A stretch of DNA of 64,000 nucleotides, from positions 7,608,829 through 7,672,828 of the forward strand of contig NW_002060946.1 in the NCBI RefSeq assembly GCF_000150275.1. The letters run 5' to 3'. The number at the start of each line of letters is the position of its first letter. Position 1 is the first letter of the stretch. Below, piece by piece: positions 50,401 to 64,000 of this stretch. The position numbers and the translations under genes were made by a program. This stretch comes from Trichoplax adhaerens. Its lineage: Eukaryota > Animalia > Placozoa. The notes under the pieces are model-generated. The model saw only the letters and a program-made list of their open reading frames with translations, had not been told where the DNA came from and made no database searches.

Positions 50401-53400
50401 CTATTTAATAGATTTGTTTCTATCACGTTTTTATCCGACTGGCTCATAAAGCCGTAATAGTTAAGGCACTCTCATCATTTTATTGATATTATTGTTTAAT
50501 TCAGCATAGTAACAACAGCAACGGCATAGACCGGTGTTATTGACAACAGTAAATACTTTTTCATCCTGACAATTACTACTATAGAAGCACAAATACAATA
50601 ATATCATTATCAAAAAGCCCTTAGGTGAATATATCGGCAATTCCTCAAGGCCACTCTTAGTAAATAAGTTCGCCTTTTGAATATCAATAGCATTCATGGT
50701 GATATCAATAATATTCATGCTTTAACTACTCGTAATTATGCTGCAGAGTGGGGAGGGGGGGAGGGGGGGAGGTAATTTTTTAAAGGTTAGGGTAACTTCA
50801 TAAGACAATTTTACAACTATTATAGAAATCAAGTCAAGAATTATTTACCTTAATTTACTAAACCAGCTATAATGTTAATAGCTTCTAAAAAAAATTAATT
50901 TATTTTAGGTTATTATTTATGGTAATAATCTGTAGCACGACCTTGAAGGGAACAATTAATATAAATTTAAGCATAACAAAAGAGGAATACAGGATATTGA
51001 TGTTATCATTCGATGCCTTTTGCTATTGAGCTGTTTTAGTGTAGAATTTAGATGTAATCTATATCAATTTTGTCATATTAGCTACAGTACTAGCGCAAAT
51101 TAGAGTGGATATTTAGAATAAGACGTTCTACAATGAGTAAATAGGCCAAAATGCAAGATAGATTAACTATTTAATATCATTTTGAATTATTCTCCTATTA
51201 CGTATTATAGTCTTTTAATAGATTGCGATTTAACGATTTAACATCTGAACTCCTTATTGATTTATATCGATGATACGGTTAATTGATGGACAATACACGA
51301 TGCCGTACTTAACGTAGTTTCAGACGGTTTACAAATAAGTCCATAAACTTAAGTTAGTCTTTATGATTATATTTATTTTGGTTTATATTCCGTAACGAGA
51401 TATGTTCAAATTTTTATACAATATATGAATATATCTTAGTTAATGGGGTGATGGTCAGAAAATTGCATAAATAATTTATAATAGAATCTATTTAGTACAA
51501 GGCAAAACATCTTTGGTCATCCATTTGCCTAGCACTGGTATTGGCAAAGGTGAAGGATGAACCATAGCTTACTGATCACAGCATAATTTATAAAGCATAA
51601 TTTCCTGTAATAATATTAAAAATTGGCTGGAGGGCTAACGATATGTTAAGAAAGAACTTTAGGCACATTATTAAGTATTGCCCGCAGCAAAGCACCAAGT
51701 AGAAGACTTTATAACCACTTCATAATAAGAATAGTTTTCCATTTGATTCTTACTAACCTTCCAGGCTGAATTTCTATGCTATCCCATTTTCAGTATTTTT
51801 CATTATTAAAGGCAGTTTATCTTGATCAACTATTATATAATTAGAAGCTTTCCGATTTTTGTTTAAAAATTTAACTTCTGTAGCAATTTGTATTGCGTAA
51901 TAATACAGTTTATGATACGTACTAGATTGAGAAAGTATAGATTTTAATGTAATGAAATATCTTAAATTTTTTATGAATTCGACTAAGTAAAAAATTGAAT
52001 AAAAATGTTTACTAGTTTATAAAGAATAAAGCAAATCATAAAGGAGATTTCAGATCAAAGATGCAAATAAAATAGTTTACTTTCGAAATTAAACTCTGAG
52101 TCATCGTTTGGTTTACCATTAGGGAAAGTAATAAATTCAAAATTAATCCTGGCTTAGCCAAAGGACGATGCTACCATAGGCAAAATGTAGTGTGATCTAG
52201 GAAATAAGGTTGTACTTCCTGCAGCGAGCTTGAGATTACGGACAAAAAAAAGAATATTCAAAAATATTTGGTTCTACTATGCTATAAATAGGTAATGTAT
52301 GAATCTTACTGCTACTAATAGTGTTTAGTATTCTTACCAGACCGTAAATATTTTCGATCCATTGTCTATTACGGTATTTAATATCTATACATTGATGGCT
52401 TCAAGCTCTATTATTCTATCGCAAGTCTTAGTCAAATTGTTTCTATTTGTAAAATAAGCCGCATCCTTCCCTATATGTTTAAGACAGCGAGATAACGAAC
52501 ATGCATAAATTGAATAAATAAAAGTAAGTAAAGCAGTTTATACAAAGTATATGGCATTATAATTTCACGATAAGATTTTATCATCAGCTACTTGGATATA
52601 CGAGTTAAATAACAGTTTCAGTTTCCCTCCTTGTTCTTACTTAGTGTTTCAGTGATGAAAATTTTAATAGCTACAATTTTTTCGCAAACAATTGGTGCCG
52701 CCACATACTTATATAATGTAATACTTAAGTAAGATATATTCGTGGTTTTATATGCCCTAAATCTATCAATTTTCTAGATAATTACAGTTGTAAGTATGAA
52801 TGTAAAAATTAATATCGTCTAATTTTTATTTCCTGATTATCTTTAGGAGTATCTGTTATTATTGCATCCGGGTTGGCACATTACGAGCCCAATTGTAGTA
52901 AAAATGCACAGCTGATGGTAATAATGGGCAAGTTACTTATCTATTTTGACTCCAAATCCATGATTGGCATTCAAAACAAATTTTGACTTGGAAAATAAAC
53001 GCTTGATCATCTTTTGTTGTTATTAATCTTAATTTTGAAAATTTCTACTAATTGACAACAAATACCCTACAGACGATTTAAAGAATTTTTTGTTGTACTT
53101 TTAACAGATTGCGGTACTTAACATAGACCAAAAACAATACTTGCTGTTTTAATATGGATGCTTCTTATCATTTTATTCGTTCTAGATGTTGATTAAACTT
53201 TAGATCATTCAGTATAACTAAATCATTTGTTATCATTTGGATACTCTAAATTCCCTCGATAGAACTTTTATGAGATAATAATTACCTTTCTAATAGAGTT
53301 AATAAATAATCAGAAGTAGCCTTTTAAATTTCTTATAGCAACGTTAATAATGATGCAGTTTCTTACTTATTCGATATTTACTATTGTTATAAAGTATTAT

Positions 53401-54666
53401 TAAGAATAATTCCTTTAAATTGCGAACCAATTTTTTTATGAATCTCTTAAGTAAAAATAACAGAATCATGAAGAGCCTTTGAAATACGTATTAATAGAAA
53501 GAATTTGTATGACTTTATTTTTTCAAGTGTTGCATCTTCTGAGACTTCACGCAATTTTTAAAAGTCTTGTGTGATACAATAGTTACATTACAAATTTTTA
53601 AAGCAAAAATTTTAAATATAAATCGGAAGAATATCAAGGTTACTTAATGCTATCATAAACTTTTCAAATCTACAACTTTATTTGCGATTATTATTATTCT
53701 TTGCTAATGCTTAGTCTTCTATTCGGAATGTAATAATCAAGAAAACAAGTTAAATAACATCGTATCCAGCAATTCAATTATTGATTAGTTCTACAGTGAG
53801 TTTGATAAATACCTAATAGGTATTATGACGTAAAAAAAGAAACATATAATAAGAATATATTATTTCGAGGCATTTATGACTTAATTTTATAAACGGCTCT
53901 TGCAGTATTTTTTATTAGCTATTAGAAAAATTTCTTTAGCAATGGTTATGAAGTAAAATATTTAAATATTTTTACATTAGAATAAGCTCACATTTGCCAT
54001 TATTAGGACTTTAAAATTACAATTACGATTCCAATCAAATTTTTTGATATATTTCATATCATGATATTAGTTAATGTTCTTTAAAATTTAACAATTGGTT
54101 TTCAATAAGTACCGGTATAAGTAAGTTGATGACAGGTTTGCCAGTTTTATCCTAAATCCTGACATCAGTTATGATTGATAGAAAATAATGCAGTTGAGGT
54201 GTTGTATTTATAGAAGAAATGGTTTCAATACAAATTCTAGAGATACTATAGTGGGTTTGTCATTTTCTAATTCTGTTTTTCTTATGACTATGAAAACGTC
54301 ATCAATCATATTTTAAAAATCAAATCTACAGGCCTACATACATAGTGTCATAGTTACACTAATGCCATTGATATTCATAACTGCTGTATCAATATTTAAA
54401 TGAAAGATATATAAAATTGCTTTTAATTGATTATGAAACTTCGACATTTTAACGTTCTCGTCACGTTATAATACTCTGAGTAATACTTGGTATAAGCAAT
54501 GGCGATTATATACGTATAACATTAGCTGGATGCTTTCCTGGATGCAAGAAATAGTAAGATCATATTGAATCTTAGTTTGCAAGAGTTAAATTAGGTAAAG
54601 ATCTCGCTTAAATTTAGATTACACTCGAATAATCCGTTCGAAATCTATATGAACGTAGAAGCTAAG

Positions 54667-55286
54667 TGTCACAACCACGTTTTTGTGACACAGGATCTCT
54701 ACTTATCGTGTAAAACTTAACTAAGTACGGCACAATCCCGACACTGAACAAGTGCTACTGGAACTACGCTTCCTATTAGAACACTAACTTCTCGGGTGTG
54801 GGACTACACTTCTTTGACCGTCACTAGGTTACTCGATTACACAAGTAGTTAAGCGTAGGCTTTTGAACAGATAACTATCAATACAGTTTATTCTCTTCTA
54901 TGCCTTTCTCCTCGTCCACATTACATCATAGTTAGCCTTTTTATACTTTCTAAGATATTTACTATTTACATTAATCTCACGTAGGAGATCTCACAACCAT
55001 AACCTCTTATCCAGTAATAATCTTACAACACGACTACAAATCGTGTCAGCATAAACAACTCTCTAACACAAAGGTTGCACATCATCAAGATTTATATTTC
55101 CCTAGTCTATCCTCCTATTCGAATACATACAAAATAACTAAGGACAGTTGATCATCAAAACACCTTACTAACAAACATCATAACACATCAATCTCCATCA
55201 ATAACAAACACCATAACACTTCAATTTCTATCAATAACAAACACCATAACACTTCTAACTCATCACGGCAAAAAGGTACCGTGACA
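54667..55286 (-). mobile_element. Solo LTR (620 bp) with a 5-bp target-site duplication
   Basis: Termini are TGTCAC...GTGACA, flanked by CTAAG at 54662-54666 and 55287-55291. On the minus strand, TATAAAAA (54945-54938) precedes AATAAA (54892-54887). About 2.6 copies of a 33-bp repeat (55169-55255) lie in the U3-like part. No internal ORF. Confidence 0.88.
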
Positions 55287-58200
55287 CTAAGTTAGGATTA
55301 ATTTATTTGAAGCTATATGCTCCAGTGATAGGCACTAGTTGTGAAGAAATAATATTATTAACATGTAAGCTGGTCCCCATATAAATGAAAACAATATGAG
55401 AAACCAAAGCTCTAAAAAATGCTCTGATTTAGAGTTCTTACGTGTGATAGTGTTATATGCAGTAAAGGAGGGGGGTTGACATATTAGAATATTAAATATT
55501 TGTAGCAGGCAAGTGTCAAAGCAATTTAGCTTACAGATCTATTTTACCTGGTCTTGTCACAGAGGTAATCTATAATTACTCAATAACTATCAAATCTAAA
55601 TATGGCATCGATAAAATAGCCTAAAATATAACACAATTAAATAGGCAGAACTATCAGCGAGACTATTTATAATAGCCTGGCAAAATGCTGATTTAGTAGA
55701 AGCAGCAGAAATTGAATTTATGCTCATCCAGTGCCATATAGGGTGTAGTGAATAACTTAACTGGATATTTTTATTATAGATACTTTACGCACATTAACGA
55801 ATATAACACATAGTATCAACCAGAATATGTATACTAAAAATAGTTATCTTCTTATAGTACAGTTTACAATATGCAGAGATTATGCATATATATCAAGATA
55901 ACTTATGCTGAATTATACTAACGTAGCTATAAAATTGATTACTATGTGAAATGTAGAAAAACATGGAAAATATTCGAGTCAATCTATTCATAAAAAATAA
56001 TAATTTTATTTAAAAATTTTTATTTACGCTTATAACTGTGTATTAATATAATGTAACCGCATGAAGCCAAAACCCAATTTCCAAGGCCTTGCCTATATAT
56101 TCAAATATTGTATACAAGTGATAGTTGTAATGCAGCAGAATCTCCATCGTGATTTTTCGTGTAATTCTTCCTATTAAATATATGAGTAAATAATCAAAAG
56201 AAAGCTTTTTATATCAGTACATGTTTGTTAAAATTATTAATGTAATAGCTTTATTGAGCTACTTATTGACATACTTTACGGAACAGATTTAATATGATAG
56301 CTAGTATAATGCAACATTATACTTTAACACGTTAATCTGTTAATTATATTAATTCTAACTAGTACCTTATTTACTACTAATCTCCTTACCCATGCTAGAC
56401 TCCGAGGACCGTTATATCTTTACTTTTATACTTGATAAGTCACGGTTACTTTGTATGATTTAATCACCTGTTCAATACATTGATTAGTCGGATATCAAAA
56501 AAATTACGCGATAAACGCGGTACAAGGGGTAATTTTAGGTAATCTTAAAAATTCTAATCTCTAACTCATTCGTGATTTTACGCAAAACTTTAGTAAATTA
56601 ATGAAAGTCAACGTTTTGATACCGATATTAGAACGTACTAATCACCATTAGTAAAGTGTTATAAATTCTCTTGCAACAAAATGAATATAGTTACGACGTA
56701 TATTTCTCAGTAAGTATATCCAATTTTAATACATCACAATTTTTAAACTAAATGAAAGCATTGACATTCATAGCGTCTAGCAACTTGATTGGCCCTTTTG
56801 TCGCAAATTAACTTTTACGTGGCTGCCATAATACAGATTCCGTTAGATATTTCGTCTAAGAATTTATTTAATTTGATCTATCCATGATATTTGACATATT
56901 TTTAATATATAACTGTATCGTTTCATAGTATTATAAATAAACTGAGAATTGATGTTTATGTTAATTGCCATGAATGGAATGATTTTTTAATGAGTTTTGA
57001 GTTCAGTTTGTCTAAGAGAGACAAATTATATTACTGACCCTACTGACGATAGGAGATGTAGCCCTTGATGAATATATGTATAACGTATATATGACTTGAC
57101 GTCGAGGTACTCCGGTAGAGGCTTAGGTATGAAGTAATATTTGTGTAATCTTTACAAATTACGTGTATTAACTTCTATCCAACTAGAATTAGAATTACTC
57201 TTAGGAATGTAAGAGGTTATATACAATTAATGTTCTCGCAAATAGCTATCTCAAGAACTTCGCTACTTGGATCGTATCTCTTGACACTGAAATCCTTAAA
57301 TAAGCGATTGCACGACGTGCACAGTTATAAGTACGTAGTCTTTCGGCTACTGGTTGGTTACAGATAAGTTAGATTACCCGACTGGATATAGTTCTCTTAT
57401 GATAGTAAATACCCAATACAGTTATCCCCTATCTTATGTTGTACAACAGAGTGATATCCATGCGTATTCGTAACATTACTAAGTTAGAGAATACAAAATA
57501 TACTGTAATAATACCAAATTACAATATGTAATGCGAAGGGATAAAATAGCAGGGGAATTAATTTAACAAAAAAACTAAGTGTATATGCTTAAATAGTAGT
57601 TGCATTGTACTGCAGTTTAATCAAATAGGATTTAAACTGAATAAACTGTGAAAAAACACTAGTTATGTAGGTTTGTTCTATTTGAGTCTAATGATAATTA
57701 CTATTATTCTACGGAATCTGAGCATTTGGAAAGCAAATAGCAGTTCAGCCCAGCAGTGTTCATCAACGAGTCTGCCATGATTCGAAAGATTGTAAGCCTA
57801 TAGTAAGTGCAAGGGTAGAATAAAATAAATAAAACAAGTAATGCCTATGTTGTTGCTATTTTGAGAAATGACTGTGTAAGTGTAATGTAACTAGTATTGT
57901 GATTGTAGACTGTTAGCCATGTTTAGTATAATGTACGGTAGATATTTATGCTGAGAGATATTTGGTTGCTAGGATATGGTTAATTCATTGTACTTTGGCT
58001 GATGTGAATAATGTCTACGTAAGTACTGTAGTCGTATCCATATTGGATTAATGATGGTCCGCAGTAGAATAGTCTTACTAAGAATAATTTAACTATGTGT
58101 AAAATAAGTTAAAAGGTTGCGTTACGGATTGTAGCTTCGAATGCTACGAAAAGTATAAAAGCATGCAACTTTAGATTATTCTGTTAGTTCGTTGTAGAAG

Positions 58201-60746
58201 TCTTTAGAAGTAGTATTCGGCTAGAGTAGAGCTGTGTGTAGTTAATCTTTGTATAAGATTCAATAAATCCCATATTTTTCTAAAATTTGGAATCTCGTGA
58301 TCGGTATATTTCACAGTAAGGTAGAAATTTAGCCTACAAACTTTCCGTGTAAGTAACACAGCTAGCTAAAAGGGTACATGATAAAAAATCGCTGATAGAA
58401 TGAGGAAAAATATAGTCGAAGAATTAATTTACGAGGAAGAAAAGTTGATTATAATGAGTTACATCGATGTCAGGTTTCTCTTCAATACAATCAATATAGG
58501 ACACAATTGGAATTCTACCGAATAAAGTACTACATTTAGATCTTGCACACCTAGAAGTATGATATATTACCATAGAAATGGATTTATATGAAAATGAATC
58601 ATTTCGTCTATGGTAATATACGCCACAGTTCGCGAAAATTGTCAATAACCTAGTTTTCTGCTTAATTTACCGACCGAACATATTTATATTAACCCAAATA
58701 CTGGTATGCTTGCCCATCAATCTTACGTAGGTAACCTTCATAATTAGATAAATAGAAACATTGTACAGGCGGCGGGTGCTTTTCAATGGACAGAAAATAA
58801 TAATAAGCGGTTTGAAATCCTTTCTGCATTTGGTTTAGAAAGTTCTAAATAAAAGCCAAAGGATTATATCTTAACCGCATAGTCATCAATTAATGGACAT
58901 ATTGTATGTGTTAAATAAAGATTACTTTATTAATTAGGATTAAAAATGAGAAATTTCATGATTTTGTAAACAGAATAGTACTATTAGAGAAATAAGAGTT
59001 GATTTGGCGTTAGATTACGATATAATTCTATGGATCTACGGTATTTGTTTTGCTGGCCAGAAAACAGCTTCAACTCTGTACTGCTACTGTAATTGAAAGT
59101 AAATTCGAAATAGGAATTACTCCTTGCCGTTCAGAACCGGGTGCGTGCTGTTTTTGTAACAGTGTAAGTAAATATACCCTTACAAAAAATACCTGCTCTT
59201 CCATCATTACTCGACACGTAATTTACGCGTACAAATTTATAATTACAGGTTTTATTACTGATTCTCTATCGATTTGAGATAGTGTATAATAGTATAACAA
59301 GTTCTTTTACACTGATACAGCGGCAGGGACTAAAAATTAAAGAATTATTTCTACAGCAATGACTGCGACTTAAAAATGATGCTTAACTTTCTTACAAAGT
59401 AGAGATTGAGAACAAAATTGCCTTGAACATACAGAACTTACTATTCGTATTCTTCATACAAATAAAATTCTATTATTAGTACTACCATATGTTAGGCTGA
59501 GACCAAAATGTCTGAATTACAAGAAAAGCATTGCGTTTGCATACCTTTTATTCCAGTTTTGTTATTATTTTTCAGTTACATCTAATTCTAATCTGCACCA
59601 GATGCTGACAAAATAATCTACAAACAAATTTACCACAACCCTATTGAGCTTTATTTTCTTACGGAGAGAAACTTCCATTTTGTACAGAACGTTAAAAGTT
59701 TGGAATCATATCTGGAATTTTCATGATTATATTTAATATATTATCACCGCAATGAGTCAAGGTAGGTAATAAGTAATCTCATCGTATTTGCAAAGTTAGC
59801 AAATATAAATACTTTCATCCCTCTATGATTTTAAATTATTTGTTCTGGTGGGGGATTTGTAAAGGACTATTAGTAAATATAGTATTGCTAGTTACTACAA
59901 AAATTTGAAGTCATTCCATTTATTTAAGTAGCTTAATAGATAATTGGTTTATTGCTAAACTATCTAAAGAGTAAGCTTTTACGTTGTAAGTTACAAAATT
60001 TAGGCTTGTTTTGAGTTCGTAAAAAGCAAAAATTTGTCTATCTAAGATTTCGAAAAAAATTTAGGAATTAGATATATTGGAATTTTCACCGATATTTAAA
60101 TCCATATATTAGCTTTTACGATAATAATTATGATCTTAATGTGTAAAAAAGTTTCGAAAACTTTATTGCCAGATGAATATCGTGTCGATGAGGGTAATTA
60201 ATTTAAATTGGAACATTTCTTGAAAAGTATTTATAAAGTAGGTGGAGCAGTGGGCGCTGACTTTTGCATGACTAGACTCTTTTCATAAATGCTAAAAAGT
60301 TAAAAATTAAATAATTAAATGTAATTATTGGGCTTATGCATAGAGAGACAATGCAAAGAATGAGCCTATGCTATGATTAAATATTTATCATATTGTAATA
60401 TTGTAGACTATTTAATTTTAAAAATTATGATTATTATGCTAGGATAATTGCAATTAAGTTGTTGGTTTCGATAAATTATTGTAATTATAACGAAAGTAAA
60501 TACTCGTCTTGGCCTAAGAATATAAACATATTAATTTTTAACATATCTGGTTTGACATCCAATTTGAAAATAGAAAAACTACATGTAATATTAATGACAG
60601 GGGGAGAGGAATTGGTGATAGTTGTTTTTTCCGCATTAGACATCTACAGTAATGATCCTGTTTATTCAAGCAAAAAAGTTGTGAAAGGTATGTAAAGATT
60701 TGGCGATTGAACTCAAAGAGTGACAAAAGTTTAAAGATTAAAATAA

Positions 60747-61760
60747 ATGGATCATTTACGAATAAGCGATCGTAATCCTACTTCAATTAATATAAATCAC
60801 ACCACTATTGGCAATTTTCCATCAGTCCAGTGGATTCAATTTTATGTAGGACTGGCTGGATTGATAGCGAACTTCACATTATTACTTCTAATATCAACAT
60901 CAAGGAAAGGCTTAAAGGATAAATCTTACGTCTTTATTAATAATATAGCGCTTTCAGATTTTTTAATATGTTTTTTAATGTGCCTTATACATTTACCATT
61001 TAAAGGTTCTGTTAACATTTCAATTTCCCTCGGAGGAGTTATTTGTAAAATACTGTTTGCCACGTTTCATCTGTCATTTAATACTTCTGCCTACAGCTTA
61101 ACGTTTATAAGCATGTATCGATTAAAAATTGTTATCCATCCCCTGTCGTACAGGGTTAAAACTACCCTGTATCGACACACTAAAATTGTTGCTGTTGCAA
61201 TATGGATATTTAGCCTTGTTATAGCCATTCCAAATGTTTTCTTATCTGAAGTTGTAACACTTGGATTATTTTGTGATGTTGGATATCCGTATGGACAGGA
61301 CTTTAATCAAATTTACTACACGATTGTTTTTACAATTTCTAGTATTGTACCTATCTTAGTTATGTCTATCAATTATATTCGTATTGCTAAAGCTCTATCT
61401 TGCAGCGTATTTAGTAGACCAAGTTTCGCTCGTAATACCACAGTAAATTCCAAAAGAACCTATCGATATCGATCGAAAAATGTGGTTGAATTTTTGATCT
61501 GTACTACTGGTGTTTACATGTTTTTATCATTACCTTTTCTCACTGGATTTTTAATTATGTCCCTCTTAGGATTATCATTCCATGCTATTTATTCTAATAA
61601 TGACGGCTTTAGAATCTATATGATCGTTGCTTCTTCTACTTTTATTTCAGTAACAATATTTAATCCAATTCTATTTCTATTTTGCGATAGAAATATTCGA
61701 TTAGAAATTTGCAAGAAAAGAAATCATTTATATTATTTCATTCTAAGCCATATTCGATAG
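60747..61760 (+). CDS. Intronless divergent class A GPCR, 337 aa
   Basis: Seven hydrophobic segments. Motifs: sequon NHT, TM1 AN, TM2 NIALSDF, TM3 CK, YRL in place of DRY, TM4 W...P, ECL2 Cys, TM5 P...Y, TM7 NPILF. Confidence 0.9.
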   Translation: MDHLRISDRNPTSININHTTIGNFPSVQWIQFYVGLAGLIANFTLLLLISTSRKGLKDKSYVFINNIALSDFLICFLMCLIHLPFKGSVNISISLGGVICKILFATFHLSFNTSAYSLTFISMYRLKIVIHPLSYRVKTTLYRHTKIVAVAIWIFSLVIAIPNVFLSEVVTLGLFCDVGYPYGQDFNQIYYTIVFTISSIVPILVMSINYIRIAKALSCSVFSRPSFARNTTVNSKRTYRYRSKNVVEFLICTTGVYMFLSLPFLTGFLIMSLLGLSFHAIYSNNDGFRIYMIVASSTFISVTIFNPILFLFCDRNIRLEICKKRNHLYYFILSHIR

Positions 61761-63181
61761 TTTAATAATTTGCTGTTTATCACGAATTATAAATTTATAA
61801 CTTAATACCTTGGTGATGCATAGTAGCTACTCGATCACTTTCAACCTAAGAATGTAGTATAGCAGTATATCTAGTGAAGTTTTCTTACTGATAACAGTTT
61901 ATACCATTAATTAGCTAGGGTAGCTCATTAGCGATCGTAATATGACATACAACAGTAGGTATATTTACTGAAAATCTAGATAATTTCGATCTAACATCAA
62001 AGCTAAATAGGCGTACCGTTGAAGCAGTCATGATGCAATTACGCAATTAGAAGCAATAAATTTACACAAATATAAGTGCAAAAATTTTCTTCAAATATTC
62101 TAGTTTTAGACTATACACTCACTTGATAAGTTGCTTAAATTAATTCTAGATAAATAATGCCATATTAGTAAAATTTCGAACGGCTTTATAGCCATATAAT
62201 TTTTATTTAAATCATTGATTTTCTTGCTAAATTAAATAAGTGCGCTTAATAAACAGTAACTGCTTATAAATTTTAAATTGCTTTATATTCTATAGATGGA
62301 ATAGTAATTCATTCTCAGTGATTTTGTTACTTCTTTATAGATTTAATTACTTTAAAGCCTGTGGTTTAAGCGAATTTACAATCATAGCAGTATTTATAAA
62401 ATCACTTATACGTTTAATAGATATGTCATTTAAGATCAATATTAATATTTACAGATTGAATTATTAACATTGGTTAAGAAGTCATAATCAAATAAGGGTC
62501 GCAATCACAAATTCAAACTACCCAAATTTTCTACATTTGCGGGTAAATGATGAGAATAAAATGTTAAAAACCTATCTAAGTTTTCAATTTTAATCGTGCA
62601 ATATGTTAATATATAAAGAAGTCTCGCTGACTAAAATTTTACTGCAACGCTTTGCCTCAACAATCTAAGGTTAAAAAATACTTAAAAGTAAACAGAAAAT
62701 ATCGATTTTTTTAACTAATAATTGCGAAACTTCTATATCTCTATTTATATGTAGTATAAAATTGAAACTGACGATTATTAGAGATTCTTTTGAAATAGAA
62801 ATCGAAATATACTTTGTTCTGACAACATGACCATACTTGTGCTTGTATAATAAAACAGTCTCACAAATAATTGTCTAAATCAAATAAGATTTTCTATAAG
62901 ACTATTATTACAAGGTTTTAGGAATAGTAGAAAAATAATTAATTACTCAAGAATCTAGTTTAAAATCTAAAATATTCCGAGCTCAAAGTGAAGTGAAGTT
63001 TCTAATGTCAGCTCAACTCCGTAGTTCTCGAATACATTTTGTTAAATCCATTTATGACAACATTATTAACCACAATCAGACTTGAATCATCAAACAGGAT
63101 ACTTTTCCCGAATAGAAAATCGTAATCTTCCTCAATCCGCATCATTTAACTTAAGATATCACTACTTTTCTTTTCAGGTCC

Positions 63182-63554
63182 NNNNNNNNNNNNNNNNNNN
63201 NNNNNNNNNNNNNNNNNNNNNNNNNNNNNNNNNNNNNNNNNNNNNNNNNNNNNNNNNNNNNNNNNNNNNNNNNNNNNNNNNNNNNNNNNNNNNNNNNNNN
63301 NNNNNNNNNNNNNNNNNNNNNNNNNNNNNNNNNNNNNNNNNNNNNNNNNNNNNNNNNNNNNNNNNNNNNNNNNNNNNNNNNNNNNNNNNNNNNNNNNNNN
63401 NNNNNNNNNNNNNNNNNNNNNNNNNNNNNNNNNNNNNNNNNNNNNNNNNNNNNNNNNNNNNNNNNNNNNNNNNNNNNNNNNNNNNNNNNNNNNNNNNNNN
63501 NNNNNNNNNNNNNNNNNNNNNNNNNNNNNNNNNNNNNNNNNNNNNNNNNNNNNN
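63182..63554. other. Assembly gap (373 N)
   Basis: Run of N. It is preceded by a strong acceptor-like CTTTTCTTTTCAG ending at 63177, so an exon could be hidden in the gap. Confidence 1.
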
Positions 63555-64000
63555 TATATGTTAATTAGATGTTTGCTTATTAATACTGTAAATTAATTTT
63601 CTGAGAATTATTACAAAATGTAGATAAAATGTGGGGAATTTATTATGGATATAAGCTGCGATGTTGTATGTTCCTGGAATTGTCCACCAATCATAAATAT
63701 TGTACGACTATTTATGCGAATCTTACTACTATCGCTATTTCATTAGGTTGTAAAATTTCATTATGTTTGATGATAAGTAAATGGAACTAAAAAAAAAAAA
63801 TATTTAATACGTTTGTACAGTGCTTTATTCGTTTGTACTGGTATGAATTCATTTCTTTCATTTAGATTTAATCCATATAATAACTGTATAGAAATTAAAC
63901 AATTTGCGAAAAACTGACGTTATAGTATCTGATTGAATTACATAATTAGGCATCGAATAAGATTTTGTAAATATTAAGCAAAGAAATTATCCCAATAATT

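Noticed and set aside
63082-63564. 160-aa ORF
   Set aside because: Artefact of translating through the N gap.

Overview
AT-rich, intron-dense eukaryotic DNA from an animal. Short GT-AG introns at human-like positions and intronless rhodopsin-class GPCRs suggest an early-branching metazoan such as the placozoan Trichoplax (inference). The left half is gene-dense: the 3' end of a TTC12-like ARM-repeat gene (+), an intronless 526-aa orphan ORF (+), INTS10 (+), MRE11 (-) and GSK3 (+). MRE11 and GSK3 are head-to-head across a GC-richer region full of CAGTA/TACTG repeats. The right half is gene-poor: a peptide-receptor-like GPCR (-), a two-exon calmodulin-like gene (-), a 620-bp solo LTR with a perfect 5-bp TSD, and a second GPCR (+). 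The best leads are (1) the orphan ORF, a candidate bacterial-derived gene with a possible acquired 5' UTR intron, (2) a frame break in INTS10 exactly at a T-TTA-AAA slippery heptamer, which is either an assembly indel or -1 recoding, (3) the solo LTR, and (4) promoter-associated CAGTA arrays. No tRNA, rRNA or CRISPR features were found. All homology calls come from hand translation and recalled sequences; no searches were run.
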